A DNA stretch of 43,476 nucleotides from Diploschistes diacapsis (taxonomy: Eukaryota): the NCBI GenBank assembly GCA_023645945.1, contig JALAIB010000036.1, forward strand, positions 1 to 43,476, written 5' to 3'. Each line of letters starts with the position of its first letter. Position 1 is the first letter of the stretch. Under the pieces are notes generated by a model. That model saw only the letters and a list, made by a program, of their open reading frames with translations. It had not been told where the DNA came from and did not search any database. The translations under genes and the position numbers were made by a program. This document shows, piece after piece, positions 25,312 to 37,745 of the stretch.

Positions 25312-27104
25312 ATGTTGCTTTCTCTGACCGCGATGTGTAACATCGAAGGGGATCCACTTGCCTTGATAAACGAGACCGTTTTGTATTCTAAGCCACCACG
25401 GGACTGAATAACTATCCAAGCCATTTGCTAGAGCTTCTAGGAACACATCGGTTCGTGCTCGCCAAGATGGGATTTCCATTCCCGGAACCGGTGTTACGAG
25501 ATATCATCGCTCCACAATAGCACGAGAAACAATATAGCCTGACGGTTGCGGTACGTCCTGCTTCAGGAAGATGAAATCTACACTAACGGTACTCAGAGAA
25601 GGATGCATTACCAGCCAACTATCGGTTTCCCGGACCGGTGAATGAGGCAAATTGGGGAGACTAGGTTGAGCCCACAGCCCTACAACAATCTTTCCAATCC
25701 AGAAGATGGAACTAGCATACGTCTCCATAGTCTGGAGCAATGTGGCACACAGTTCCACGATGGAGTGTCCGGTATATCCACAGTGTCCGACTTAACGTCT
25801 ATGTCCCAGCCCCTCGGACAACAACCTGATTGATGGGAAGAATCCTCCGATTTCCTCCTTACTATCATGAAACTCAACCATGAACACTACATGTCATACT
25901 GGCGCTCTCAACGCAAGATTTCTGTTTGAACGTGATAAAGGGCATCGTTCAAGGCTGATCAATACTGGCGCAGCAGCTTTGCTCCACTTTTAGCATCGAT
26001 AGGCATAAAGCTTACTGTGACTGCCAGCGATTTTACCCCCATCGAACCGTATCAAGCAGACTCCGTAACTCTCGGCGTCGCACAAAGGACGGATATTCTT
26101 GTTCAAGGTCGAGAACGACGCTGATTGCTTCTGTATCCGATCTACGATTTCCCTGAATTGTTCAGGAGCTCATAACATACATGCACTGGCAGTAGGCGTC
26201 CACGGCTCAACAGATGTTGCGTCCTTACCCTACTACCAGTATGAGTAATGCGGCCGCTGCAGCCGACTTGCAATTAACTCTCCGTAGGAACGTAAGCTAG
26301 TCTTCCTTTAACTTTATCCGCGGTTCTTGCTAATCCCTCAGAAAGGATCCTCTAGACCGGACTGTCCCTACAGCCTTCGAACCCGCCACCTTCATTGATT
26401 CGACAAGATTGGTAACTACTATCAATCTTACGACCAACGCTACAGGCCACCACATCTAGATCCAGAGCGACGTTACGCAGTCCACCGACTGTAACGCCCC
26501 TCACTTTCTCCGCGCAGTCACCCAAAACAGCACCGCCTTACCTCTCGGCCCAGAAGCCAGCGTTTACAACTTCGGCACGGAACAAAAACGCTACGGATTG
26601 TCCTAAACAACTACTACCAATCCGCCCCCATCCTATGCACCAGCACGGTCACACATTCCCAAGCCCTTCCCTCTCTCCCCTGACTCCCCAATCCCGACCA
26701 CCTCTCCCCCCCGGACTCATTCTCAAACCAACCCGCACCTTCTCTCTTCCAGCCCAACTCCTCTACTAAACTAAAACACAGGCCGTACTCTCCAAATGCC
26801 ATGGATCCTGGGACGGGCCACACGCTGGCCCATGCGCACAACCCCGCCGCGACGCGACCCTCACTTCCTGCGGCGCTACGGCCACCTGGTGATAAAAGTT
26901 ATGAGCTGGAACAGCCCCGGCGTGTGGCTGTTCCCACTGCCACATTGCGAGGCACACGCCAGCATGGGGTTTGCGCTGAACCTGCTGGAGCTGCTGGAGC
27001 GGCTGCGCGGGGTGAATGCAGGCGAGAGGGGCGTGAGCGCTGTCGATAGCCACGTGCAAGGCGTGGGAAGCGTCGACGGCGAGGAACGTCGTGCAGCAGA
27101 TTGA
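25312..27104 (+). pseudogene. Multicopper oxidase (laccase-like), heavily degenerate
   Basis: IPGTGVTRY, NNLSNPEDGTSIRLHSLEQ..DGVSGI (eroded HWHG box), PHPMHQHGHTF (~26628-26660), NP.RRD and NSPGVWLF-[shift]-HCHI..HASMGFAL copper boxes. Many stops and frameshifts; the 5' end is approximate. Confidence 0.82.
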
Positions 27105-27530
27105 TAAGTTGTGGGGGGGGAGGCAAGGAAAAATGTTATTGAGGCTGAATGAATGGGGAGGATGGAAAGAACAGGGGCGGAGATGGTAGGGTAAAGAGAC
27201 TGATGTAGTAGGGATAGGGAGGTCGAAGTTGATGCATCATCTGTCAAATATTTGCTGCCTGTTTCGCAGAAAGGTTGGAGGAGCAAGCTTGAATTTGTCG
27301 GTCGCTACTATTTACAACATTTCGTCAAAGAAAATGAGCAGGAATCAATCTCTGCATTCTTCATGCCCCTCCTCGCCACTTCAAACAAACTTCCATCGAC
27401 TTCCTACTTTACTCCCACTGCTTCCGAGCACCTTCGGACGAACCCCATCAACGCCTTCCCGGCCACCAACCCCAGAGGAGAAGAAGAAGATGAACCACGT
27501 AGGACTGGAAGTAAACCCGGAACCATCCGT

Positions 27531-30500
27531 CTACCACGCGTCCTCACCAGGCTTCTCCTGCTCCTCGGATTTCTCCCAGCCAGCCCGGTCCCATATCCCG
27601 TGCGTTCCGTCCAGCAGTAAGTCGTCCAGCTTGGAGTCGTCCGAGGGTTTGGAATTGGCCCTTCCAGTGCTGTTGCCGCCGCTGTTATTATTGTTGTTGA
27701 TGTTGTTGCTGTTGTTGGACCCCGCTCTTCTACCGGCGATCGGGGAGGTGAGGTATCTGCTCGCATTTGAGCGCGAGGAAGTAGTGTGGGGGCTGCAGGT
27801 AGGGGGTTGGCCAGATTGCTGCTGGTTGCGCTGGTTGTTGTTATGGTTGGTGCTGTGGTCCGGGGAGAGGGGGATGGGTGGCCTGGTGTTTGTGGGGTTT
27901 TGGTTCTGGGCTTGGGCTTCGTTTCGGTTGTTGTCGCTATCGTGCTGCCGGTAGTTTTGGGAGCCCCAGGACTGGGTGGCGGAATTCGAGATGCGTCGGT
28001 TTAGGTTATTGCCTTGGTTCCAGCCGTAGGTGCAGGCTTGAGCTGGGCCCTCGTTTGATCCACTAATGGTGGCGTCGACTTGGCTGCTTGGTGCGGCATT
28101 AGAGATGTTTCGGTTGTTCTGCCAGGTCTGGGTCTGATTGTTGTCAGACCAGCCTTCGCGGTCGTGGTTGTTGCTGCCTTGGGCTTGCCAAGTGTTTCTG
28201 TTGAAGCTTTTGTTCTCAGTTCCGTTATTTTGATTGTCGCTTTCCTCGAGTGCATCGGCATTTGTGCTCCAATTGCCAGAGTTAACTTCGTTCCCTTGAT
28301 TCTTACCATCCTGGGGTTGCCAAGCGCCTGGATTCCGGTTCTGCTCTTGTTTGCTCCTGGTGTATGCATTGTCGTTTTGCCGGGTGGCTTCCTCACCCCG
28401 GGCTTGGGTTTCAACAGCCTCGAGGTCAGCTTTAGTACCACCTTTAGGGACAGTTGTCCACACGGTAGGTGTAGCATTCTTCTGGTCTCCCGAAGCACCC
28501 TTATCTTCGATAACAGGATCCGGTTGAGACCAGTTGCTGGAGTTCTCCCCAGTTCCTTGCTTTGACGCATCCCATTGCACTCCTGAGCCAGTGTCTTCTC
28601 CATCATCTCCACCCCGGTTCTGCACGTGATCAGAGGCTCGGTCACTTGGAGTGCTGGGTTGAGAATGGTCGACCACAAAGCCACCAGGGCCACCAAAAGT
28701 GGACCCCTGGGCGCCTCCATTCTCATCATTGCCGGGAGGATGCACTATAACGGTAATGTTTGTATTACCGCTGTTCCAGCGTCGTGGTATGGGAGCATTC
28801 TGCCGCTCGCTGTGAGTTGTAAGGTTACTTGGCGGCCTCGGTTGAGAAGCTGGCGCCTGATTGTTGCTTTGGTTAGTGTTGAAAGACATTCCGGCCTGGC
28901 TCTTATCGCGAGGCGAGCTGTGTAGCTTTGAGACATCTTGGGAGCTTACACCAAAGGCATTGCTAGTGCTATGCGCATTATCGGGCACTTGACCTTTTGA
29001 CCAAGTTGATGCGTTCGCCTCGCCCTGATTAGAAGCTTGAAGAAACCATTGGGGAGCCTCTACAGAAACCTTCGAAGGGGAGCTCGTTGGCTGAACCGCT
29101 GGACTTCCACTCTTAGTCCGATAGGAATTGCCAACCTCCAGTGTAGGTTGACCAATGTGAGTATTAGAGGGCATGCTTTTCTGCTGACCATGCCTCGGAG
29201 ACTTGAAATTGGACGGGTGCTGTTGCTCTTGGAGTTTGGACGGACTGAACGAATTGGCAGCCTGTTGCTGGGTATTGTCGCTAAGATTGCCCCAGGCAGC
29301 GTCTGCCTGCTCTGATGCGCTCGTGGTGTCGTTATTGTGAGCCTGATTAGTAGAATTAGTTGCTACTCCTCCCCAATTTACACCTTGATTGTTCCAGCCC
29401 TTGTTGGTATTTTCGTCAACCTTCGCTTCTTCCAGCCCATTAATCGTGGACTTTGGCTGCGCTGATGGAGAGACATCATTAGCTTGATGGATGTTGTCTG
29501 TTGAATTATTCCCATCATTTGAAGCTTGTAGCTGTCTAGATTTGATCATGGAATCAGCATCCAGCGTGGGCCAAGAAACACCGAATTTCTCCTTGATATG
29601 CAGCAACGCCTCGTCTATCCGCTCCTCCGTAGAGTTCTGCGGAGCCAATTCTTTCCGAACATTAGGGGGAATGTTTGGTCCAACCGCATCGATGTACATT
29701 AGTGCAGCTCGTCGCCGTATAAGTACGTCTCCTTCCTCACGTTTCTGCTTTGCTTGAGTTTAAAATTAAAAGTCGAATGGGCTAGTGACGTACCAAAGCT
29801 TCAACCATCTCTGCCACTAGTTCTTCTTGGGTCTCGGTTTTGGCGAGTTTCTTTTCAGCTTCTGTCAGCGAGTCATCGATGGTCATACCGAGTATTGCCT
29901 CAATGGCAGCTTCGCAGAGTTAGCATTGCCAAGCAAATGCTATGATAGATGTAACTTACCTTTATCACGATACTTGAAAACAAACTTAGCATATGGAGCT
30001 TCTAGGCTATCAATGTAGTTTGCCCTGTGAAGGCGATGTGCATATTTCGTAGGGTACTCCTTTGCAACATAGTGTGACACGCCTTCTTCACTTACCTTAC
30101 TTCTACCATCTCTGCTGGGAAAAGGATGTCCTTCGCTCATGTTGGCCGGTGATTCGGTCTGCGGTACGCCCAGATGAGAGGTGTACCAACTAGGTTTTGG
30201 TTTATTCCGACTTGAAGAATCGCCCCCTGGCTCAGGTACTGCACTAATCGAATAGTTCCAAGAATCTGCAGCTGGAAAGTAGCTCCTCACAAGTTCTGGC
30301 AGAGCGTCTCCAGAGTTTCGAATCAACCATTGCCTATAGTTGCTTGCCCGGGGTTCATTATCTGGAACTTTGCCTCGAGCATCCGCTGTGCTACCTTTGG
30401 CTGTTTGCTCTGTTCTCCTCCCTTCTTGCACGCTCTTGTCCTCACCGTTTTGCTTTTTCTTGTCTTTGCTTTTCTGCTTGTTCTTGTTTTCACCTTTCTG

Positions 30501-31777
30501 CTTGTTCTGGTCTTCACCTTTCTGCTTGTTCTGGTCTTCATTTTTTTGCGTGTTCTTGACCTCACCTTCTTCCACGTCTTTGTCTCTACCTTTCTGCACT
30601 TCCTTGGGTTTGCCATTCGGCTCATCTGACTGGACTGTGGCTTTCTTCTTGCTATCTTCAGTGGTGCCCTGCTCGTCCTTTTCGCTAATGCCTAGGGCGT
30701 CGGCGTCGTCACTTCCCGCATCGGGATGCTGACTCAAGCTCGACGTGGCCCCAGGCTTTGTTTCATGCTTATTGTCACTTGCTAGCTTGGGCGAGGCTTT
30801 ATCCTTAGAAAGGTGAGAATCGTCTCGTACATCATTAGTATCAAGTTGAACTCGTTAAGAACTACTTACTTGATTTTATGGCTTCGCTTTGATGCCTTTT
30901 CTCTTTAGGCTTCATGCTTCTCCTTTCAATCCCAACATCTGCCGGAGAAGATCTCTTTCGCACGAACATCAAGCGAGTATCCTTCTTTTTCGGTCGATCA
31001 TTTGCAGAATCGTCATCAGCGCCATCGCAGCCAAAGGGAATCTTATGTTTTTCAGCATGATGTTCTAGGCCAGCATCATCGTACACAAACTTCCATGTAC
31101 CGCGCTTAGAAGTTAAACCCAGGATTTCAGAATTCGGATGGGGACCAAAAGTGGAAAGGGGATGGCTAGGTCGTCGGTCACCATGACATCGCAGTACAAT
31201 TACCTCGATGACTCCGTAATTCTTACGACTCCGGGAAGCTCCAGCTTTCTCATCAGCTGAGCGCCTGTGTCCTTCACTAAAGGGGGCGAACACCCAGGGA
31301 ATGCCCCACATCTGGTGGTTGCTGTCCTGCATCCTTTCATCCTGCCGAACTACGAAGCTGACTTCTGACGTTGACTGAGGCTCACCAGGTTTGGGAAAAG
31401 TGAGGTTCTGTCTGTTCCGATTGCAAGCGTACTTTCCATCGATGTCTAGTTGACCTGAATAAGATAGCAAAACAAAACCGGATGCTCTAAAACTTACAAA
31501 CAAACATAGAAAGCCCAGGCGCAATGTAGCCGTGGGACTGGAGCTGGACGCGAAATTGCGTCGACTCATCTGGGATGTGAAGATAGCATTCGACTCTCCC
31601 ATCGCCGTACTTGACATCGTACTCGTTGAACCCTGTGTTAGCATCTGCACTCAAAGTCAGCAAGAGGTTTTGGTAGGAGTCACAGGGAATCAAAGAAGGT
31701 TCATTCCCTTCGAGACCTCGCTCGACGAACCTACCTGCAGAAATCACAGTGCAGATCAACTGCTTAAGGATGGGCAT
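27531..31777 (-). CDS. Large multi-exon protein of unknown function: conserved fungal N-terminal domain plus a long Q/N/S/G-rich disordered tail with spaced Trp
   Basis: MPILKQLICTV...EYDVKYGDGRVECYLHIP...GYIAPGLSMFV / IDGKYACNRNR...VSFVVRQ and later KYAHRLHRANYIDSLEAPYAKFVFKYRD resemble a recurrent Pezizomycotina hypothetical family. Most ORF pieces join through GT-AG introns; the acceptor near 30810-30825 is ambiguous. The last exon contains the 722-aa ORF. Confidence 0.72.
30437..30545 (-). repeat. 24-bp coding tandem repeat (EDQNKQKG-like units, ~4-5 copies)
   Basis: Translated EDQNKQKG EDQNKQKG ENKNKQKS KDKKKQNG EDK; DNA unit CACCTTTCTGCTTGTTCTGGTCTT on the + strand. Confidence 0.85.
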
Positions 31778-32357
31778 ATTAGCGTCTGTTAACCGTAATA
31801 ACAGTGGAATATCCTCAACAGCGGTTAGGTTGTAGATGAATATCAAAGACAGAGAGAAAGTAGTAACTCTAAATGCAATGTCTCTGACCTTGCATTCTAA
31901 TTATCTACTTTGTAGCTCATCATGGTCATCTGTTGTGCTGCTGTGATGGATGAAAGTGAGATACAAATGGAGAAATGAGTTGAGTTCGTGAATCAGCCTT
32001 TGTGATCTTCACAAACAGGGACTTTAATCTAGCTGGTGTAGAAACGTGGCTGATCGATCCTCCATATCAAACCAAGACTCGACAATCAAGGAAAGCTCCA
32101 TCTCAACAAGGCCGAGGAACTATGATCAGTCTGGTTCTCTCCACTACTGGTAAGCAAACACATGAGGTGCATACAACCACGACTATCCTTTGCAAGAACT
32201 GATCAAAGGGCAGTAGGTCCTGTATTATCTCACCTTACTTTATACCTAATTTTTTGAGTCATTGTCTGCAATGTTGGATACCACTAGCCATCTCGGATTC
32301 ACCATTCCCGGATGGGTTAGCTGTAGACCTCAATATTCACATCGACATTGATTTCCT

Positions 32358-33686
32358 TTAGCTGCTCGACAAAGCTTTTCGATATGGCAGTTGCGTCTCT
32401 TCTTTACTTTGAACCAAATGGAGGTGATGATCCGTCCAAATGAGGGAAATGGCCGACAGCCATGGCAGATCCTGGTCTTTCTTTGAGCTCATTTCTCTGG
32501 AGAGACACAACCTGTACTTCCGCGTTGTGAGAGAAGATCGATCTGACTTTGTCGAGAGAAGCGGGGAAAATGTCACCAAGCTTCGGCAGATTTTCGTAGA
32601 CTGGGACTGGGGGAAGCTCCGTAGATGAGCTAATCTGCTTTTCTGCATCACCACGAGGCATGTCTAGAGCAAATCGACTTCCAGCTCGAGAAGTTCAAAG
32701 CTTGTAAATTCGGTGAAAGAAAAAATCTTGCCCTAACATTGTGCGTTTCCCTCCATGAGCGTAAGGCTTCTAAGACTACTACCACTCATAGCACTCAATA
32801 TTTCAGTGCACAATGTTGCATCAGAATAAGGGAGGGTGTACCACCCCCAATGGCGGTGATGCAAGTACTTAAAGACACGAAGGCATGCGATGTTCCGAAG
32901 AAGCAGCTATCGAACTCAATGTCCTCCACGGATGAAGTGACATCCCCACAACCCAGTTTATCACTACTTTATAGAGGCGTATTGGGGACTGTACAGTGCG
33001 ACGAAGAAGGATAGCTTGATCTTCCTTAGGAATTGGATTGTGAGGTAGGTATCCTTGCTGCTAAGCCGCACATGTCCTAACCTAGGAGGCATGTAGGTTC
33101 CTGTCTGTGACAGATTTGGCAGCGCTCCAGAGTCCCCATTTTTGTGTATCATATCACTCCATACACCCTTGCTATACGGGATGGCCGTGAATGATGATAC
33201 AGACCAAAGCACGTTTAAGACTTTTAGGTTCCTTAAGAATGAGATGAGTAGAATGCAAGCATAAGTGGCCACTATGAAGATCTCGGTGGCATTGCGCAGC
33301 ATTTTCAACGGTATGGGCCACGTAGGGGCATTCCCGTAAAAAGCTGAGTCCACCGTTGCACTCACTAATCGCACGAGTGACAAATACTCTTATGGTGACT
33401 CCAGATGAACATCAAACTGCAAGGAGTCCGAGTCACCTGCAACGAGACGCCTCTGCAAGAATTGGTTGTCGGCGGATCTCATTGAAGATAATGATAGGAT
33501 GCGTATAACGGTCTACGGAACCGAACTGACGCTTCAATTGATTATGCTCCGGTCCGAAATCAGATAACCGCGAAACAGCGAAAAAGCGCTTGCATGATAA
33601 CGCTAAGCTCTCGAAACCATCCATTCTGCTTTTTTCCAAGACTTCGTGAAGTAGTTCCGGATGGCAAGGCCGGTCAAGATACTCAT
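32358..33686 (-). pseudogene. Probable F-box domain protein, degenerate
   Basis: ATG 33686 MSILTGL, then a frameshift into PELLHEVLEKSRMDGFESLALSCKRF (F-box-like LPxELLxxI...LALxCKRF). Downstream fragments such as ALPNL and PKLGDIFPASLDKV lie in several frames with stops. Confidence 0.55.
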
Positions 33687-34031
33687 TGAGGTCTGCGGAT
33701 TAATAAATTTCGAAAGGCAATTGGTGAATAGAGAGTAGCAGGAGGTGCAAGCTCATAAGGCTAGGTTGTACCGTGTTAAGGAACAATCTCATCCGATGAC
33801 GTCCTCCGTTCGAAAGCTTTGGTTTCAGAATGTTTACATGTAGGTTCTCGCGATGTTTAATGTATGTTATATACTATATTCAATTGTCATTATTGCTTCT
33901 ATGGTCGTCGCTAAGGCTGCTGGCGCCCTTTCCTTGTACAAGCGCCACTCTTGAATTTTGTTAGAGATAAAAGCTGAGTCGAGAAAGGTTGAAACAACTA
34001 CCAAGAACCCATGCGAATTGTTGCCGTATTC

Positions 34032-36566
34032 TCATGCATATCCAGCGGTATTAGGCTCTTGACCTGGTAGTATGGGTATTGTGTTCAGATTCTCCGTTAC
34101 CTGATTGTTGTTAATGACCCATTTCCATTCATTGTCCAAGTCCAAATCAATGCCATCCACAGGCATATTCCACCAATTCAAATCGGACCCCCAGTCACTG
34201 TTTATTGCTAATGAATCGTTCAAAGTAAAATCTGAAGTTTCTGCAATGGTGGCCATGTCGTTGAACCCTGGAGGCAGTGGGATGTTGACTGGATCAAAGG
34301 CCACGCGAGGCTGCGCGAAAGACGGGTTTTGCTCAGTGCCAGAACTCGTGCCCGAGAAGGAGCAATGCCCTTGGGGAGGAGTCGGAAGCTGCCATAGGTG
34401 CGGCGCAGGGCTACCAGAAGAGGAGATAGTTTGTGAGGGGGTGGGCATCTGTTTTTTGGCTCGATCGATGGCAAGGTAGTGCTCTTTGCGGGCCCGCATC
34501 GTAATAGTGCCGAAGTATGGGATAGTTACCTTGGTCGAACAATCAGGGTCGCAGTCGCCGTCCTTTGCGCCGAAGAAGAGATCGAGAGTCTTCACTGCTG
34601 ATTCCTGCATAGCACCACTGGTACCAAGGGACTCTTTGGAGGCCTTGTCAAGTATATTCTGGACCTCTCTAACAAGCTCCCAGTCAGCAATATTCTCAGG
34701 CGTTGAGTTTGCTTGGCCGCTCAATGGTACAAAGGCTAGCTGATTCAGAACCAACAAGACACATCCGAGGAAGATCTGAAAATCCACCGTCTTGCAGGCG
34801 CAGAAACCACCATGGACACCTGCGCGGAGAATCTTGAATGCGCGAATCATTTCACGTGCAGATTCAACAGCTGCGATCCTATTGTATTCGCACCGACGAT
34901 CGCTCGACGATTTAAGCATGAAGGGCAAGTGCAGAAGGGTGCGGGTATAGTGGTGGTACAGAACCGCGAGGCTGCGGTCATATAGTTCATCGAAGGTGAA
35001 GTGCTGCATTGCCTCGAGATCTTTCACACTCGGTAGATGTTGCGAAATCTCTTTTAACTCCTCCTCGTCCTCCATGGTTGCTGATAACGATACCAGGTCG
35101 GGATTCTGACATCGGTCAATAAGACGACCACCGAGGTTGCACAAGCGCAACATCTGCTCGGCTCCGACTCCCCTCATATCCATGTTCTGCTTCGTAATTT
35201 CCCTGATGTCGCACTGCTGATCACCAAGGGAGTATGGAAGACCAAGAATGAGGCTCAAGTACCTATCCCCTTGGAACAAGGCCCAGAAGACGGCCCTACG
35301 CCTTGGGCCGGTATTTGGATCAGCAGAGGTGACCTGCCAGGTTGCTTTTCGGTTGAGGCCAAGTAGGAGAGCAGAGGAGATGGCACGGCGATACTGAAGC
35401 CACGCTTTCCGTGGTCTTCCACCATTCGCATTCAACTTGGTGAGAAGAATGGTAAGCTCTAGGCCTTCGAGTGTTGTCAAATACTGATCATCTCCGAAAA
35501 CGTATTTTTCTACCGTGTTGATATAATGGTGGATAAGCTGATTGGCTGGAATAGGAAGGTCTAATCTTTGATTCACAAACGAAGCAGAAAGCTGCTGCAA
35601 GCCTAGAGAAAGGCACAATAAGGTCTTGCTCAGCGCGAGAATAGAACCTCCGGCAATCGAAGATTTAGTGTACTGGCAGATGCCCTCGGCGCCCTTTACG
35701 GCAAGCTCTGGGAACATTCGACCCCAGACGTACCACCAATGTGAACACTCATCCCATATCAAGTCTATGTCCTTGTTGGATGGTACATACGTCAACAGTC
35801 GCTGGCGTATCTTATCCTCTTTCGGCTTGTTGCGTCTGGAAGTCGAGACCCCAGTTCCCTGGTCGGGCGACTCAGCTTCAGCGCGGGCATCGATGATGCC
35901 ATTGTTGAACAAAGACATTATGGGGGCATGGCCGATGCCTGAGACCGTGACACTGACATCGGCCGTAAGATGGCCATTGCTTGCACTTTTCTCTGAGCCG
36001 GTTCCTTCATCAACCTCGACCTTGCTGACGAGGGTCTTGACGAGACATTCTAGGTTGGCTACACGTTCTCTAAGGCTCTGTTTCGTTTCGATGGTCTGCG
36101 AGTCGGCAGCCGACCCCTGGTCTACACAACGAATGCCACGAGAAAAGCACTCGTTGCAAATGTTCGGCCTTTCATCACGAAAGAGGCACTTGATCTTGCG
36201 GCGTCGGCCTGGGGTTGAAATCAGTGAGTTGAATGTATAAAGAGCTTAGAGAAGGGATGGGACAAGTATATTAAGCATTATCGCAGCGTCTATCACAGCG
36301 GTGCTGGTAGATGAGCAAAAGATAGCTTCAAGTTAGGGCATAATCGGTAAAGAATAGGGATCTAGTCGTTCCCAGGAGTGACATGAGGTTACTCTACAAA
36401 TAAAATAAAAGACACAGTCGGATAAGCTTCTCTAGCATAGGGCGTACTAAGGAGGCTCAGAGTTAGGGATCTTACATTCGATGCAGCTGTGTGTCCCCTG
36501 ACGCATCTTTTTCTTTGGGGGTGCAGGTCCATCCACTGAGTCTGGTGAACGCCTTGCGCTAGACAT
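34032..36566 (-). CDS. Zn(II)2Cys6 fungal transcription factor
   Basis: Exon 1 KKKMRQGTHSCIEC, 267-nt intron 36475-36209 (GTAAGA...CAG), exon 2 RRRKIKCLFRDERPNICNECFSRGIRC completing the C6 cluster. Coiled coil LRERVANLECLV and middle homology region (RRAVFWALFQGDRYLSLILGLP). Confidence 0.93.
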
Positions 36567-36694
36567 GATGAAGAGATTGGGCCGCAATGCCGAATCAAGA
36601 AAGCGATACGACGTGGGAAAGTGATCAGGATATTGTGAAGTTGGGGAGCTCACAGACCACAGACTGGGAGGAACAAACTCGTCCGTCCTTAGTT

Positions 36695-37608
36695 CGTCCG
36701 TCCGTTCGGATAAGGTCTGGGCGAGCTGTTGTATTATGCAAGAGATAATTTGGCGTAGAGATGGGCAGATTCTTGTAGAAGCCAGGAATAAGGCAGCAGC
36801 ATATTGAACCTAGAGAGGATGGCTTTGATTTTCGTGCGTTTTCTTCGGACGGGAGAGAATCGGTGCTGACAAAGAATGCCCCCCCAGGCTGATAAGAACA
36901 CATACCTCTCTTTTACTATTCCCACGTACTGTGTCCCTAGACTTGGGATTAAATCGGACCCGGTCCATGTTTTCTCTCTAATAGAAAGATCCCGCTTGCT
37001 TCATGACCACCCTAGACCCTTATAGCTGATGCGCCAGAGCCTGAGCCCCTTTTCCTTTTGAGTTAGTCTCCCGCTGATTCCCATTTGGATTAGTGGATGC
37101 ATGATGTGTGAAATCTACGGCAATCTATGAGTCGACTCATCATGATTATGATAACAGAAACCCCCTACTATACTAGTACCGGTGTTCATTATGAATCATT
37201 CTTGACCATTTTCCGCAATTTCAAAAGAGCCAAATGGATGAGAGTCTGGTCGAGATCGATAGGCCAAGGGCTCGAGGGTCAGCAAAACCCCGAGTCCGTA
37301 GGTACAATAATAATACAATAATATAATATATGAGCATATGGCTAGGTAGGCAGGAAGGAAGGCACGGACTTAAAGGTGATGCTCTTGACTCCGACTCCGA
37401 AGTCCTCTCACGCTTGCATTAAAAAACGGAACTTTAACTTTAAATAATCTTCCTGTTATGATGACTCACTGTCGTTTGGCACTCGTAGCTATGCGGAAGA
37501 AGAAGGGAGATATTATTTTCTTGTTATCACCGGACGGACGGGGCTGGATGGTTCGACCGAAAGTGAGATTCTGACCTACCGTTGTCCCAACTACTACAAT
37601 ATTATATA
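36695..37608. promoter_or_regulatory. Divergent TF/MFS promoter with CGG-triplet motifs and a TATA-like box
   Basis: CGGACGGACG on - at 36695-36704 and on + at 37531-37540, CGGACGG at 36846-36852, GACTCCGACTCCGA at 37387-37400, and TATATA at 37603-37608. Confidence 0.5.
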
Positions 37609-37745
37609 GTGTCCACAATGTGCTCCCGTTCAGCTGGGTTTTCTCCAGCTCAACTTCTTGTCCTACAGTGGAAGTATTACCCACCCTAGCTCCGACCCTT
37701 CAGGCGGAAGCTCTTTTTTAAGGCCAGCAACAGATCAACCACAAA

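Noticed and set aside
12479..27104. Programmed frameshifting, stop readthrough or A-to-I editing rescuing the disrupted genes
   Set aside because: A few TAG-for-Trp stops would fit editing, but each gene also has frameshifts, TAA/TGA stops or truncation. Ordinary decay is simpler.
27229..27954. 241-aa + strand ORF with hydrophobic poly-Leu runs
   Set aside because: Largely the antisense reading of the Asn/Gln-rich tail of the minus-strand gene.
30330..30732. Repetitive hydrophobic + strand ORFs resembling membrane proteins
   Set aside because: Antisense translation of the 24-bp Lys/Glu/Gln repeat.
35626..36240. 204-aa + strand ORF
   Set aside because: Antisense to exon 2 of the Zn2Cys6 gene.
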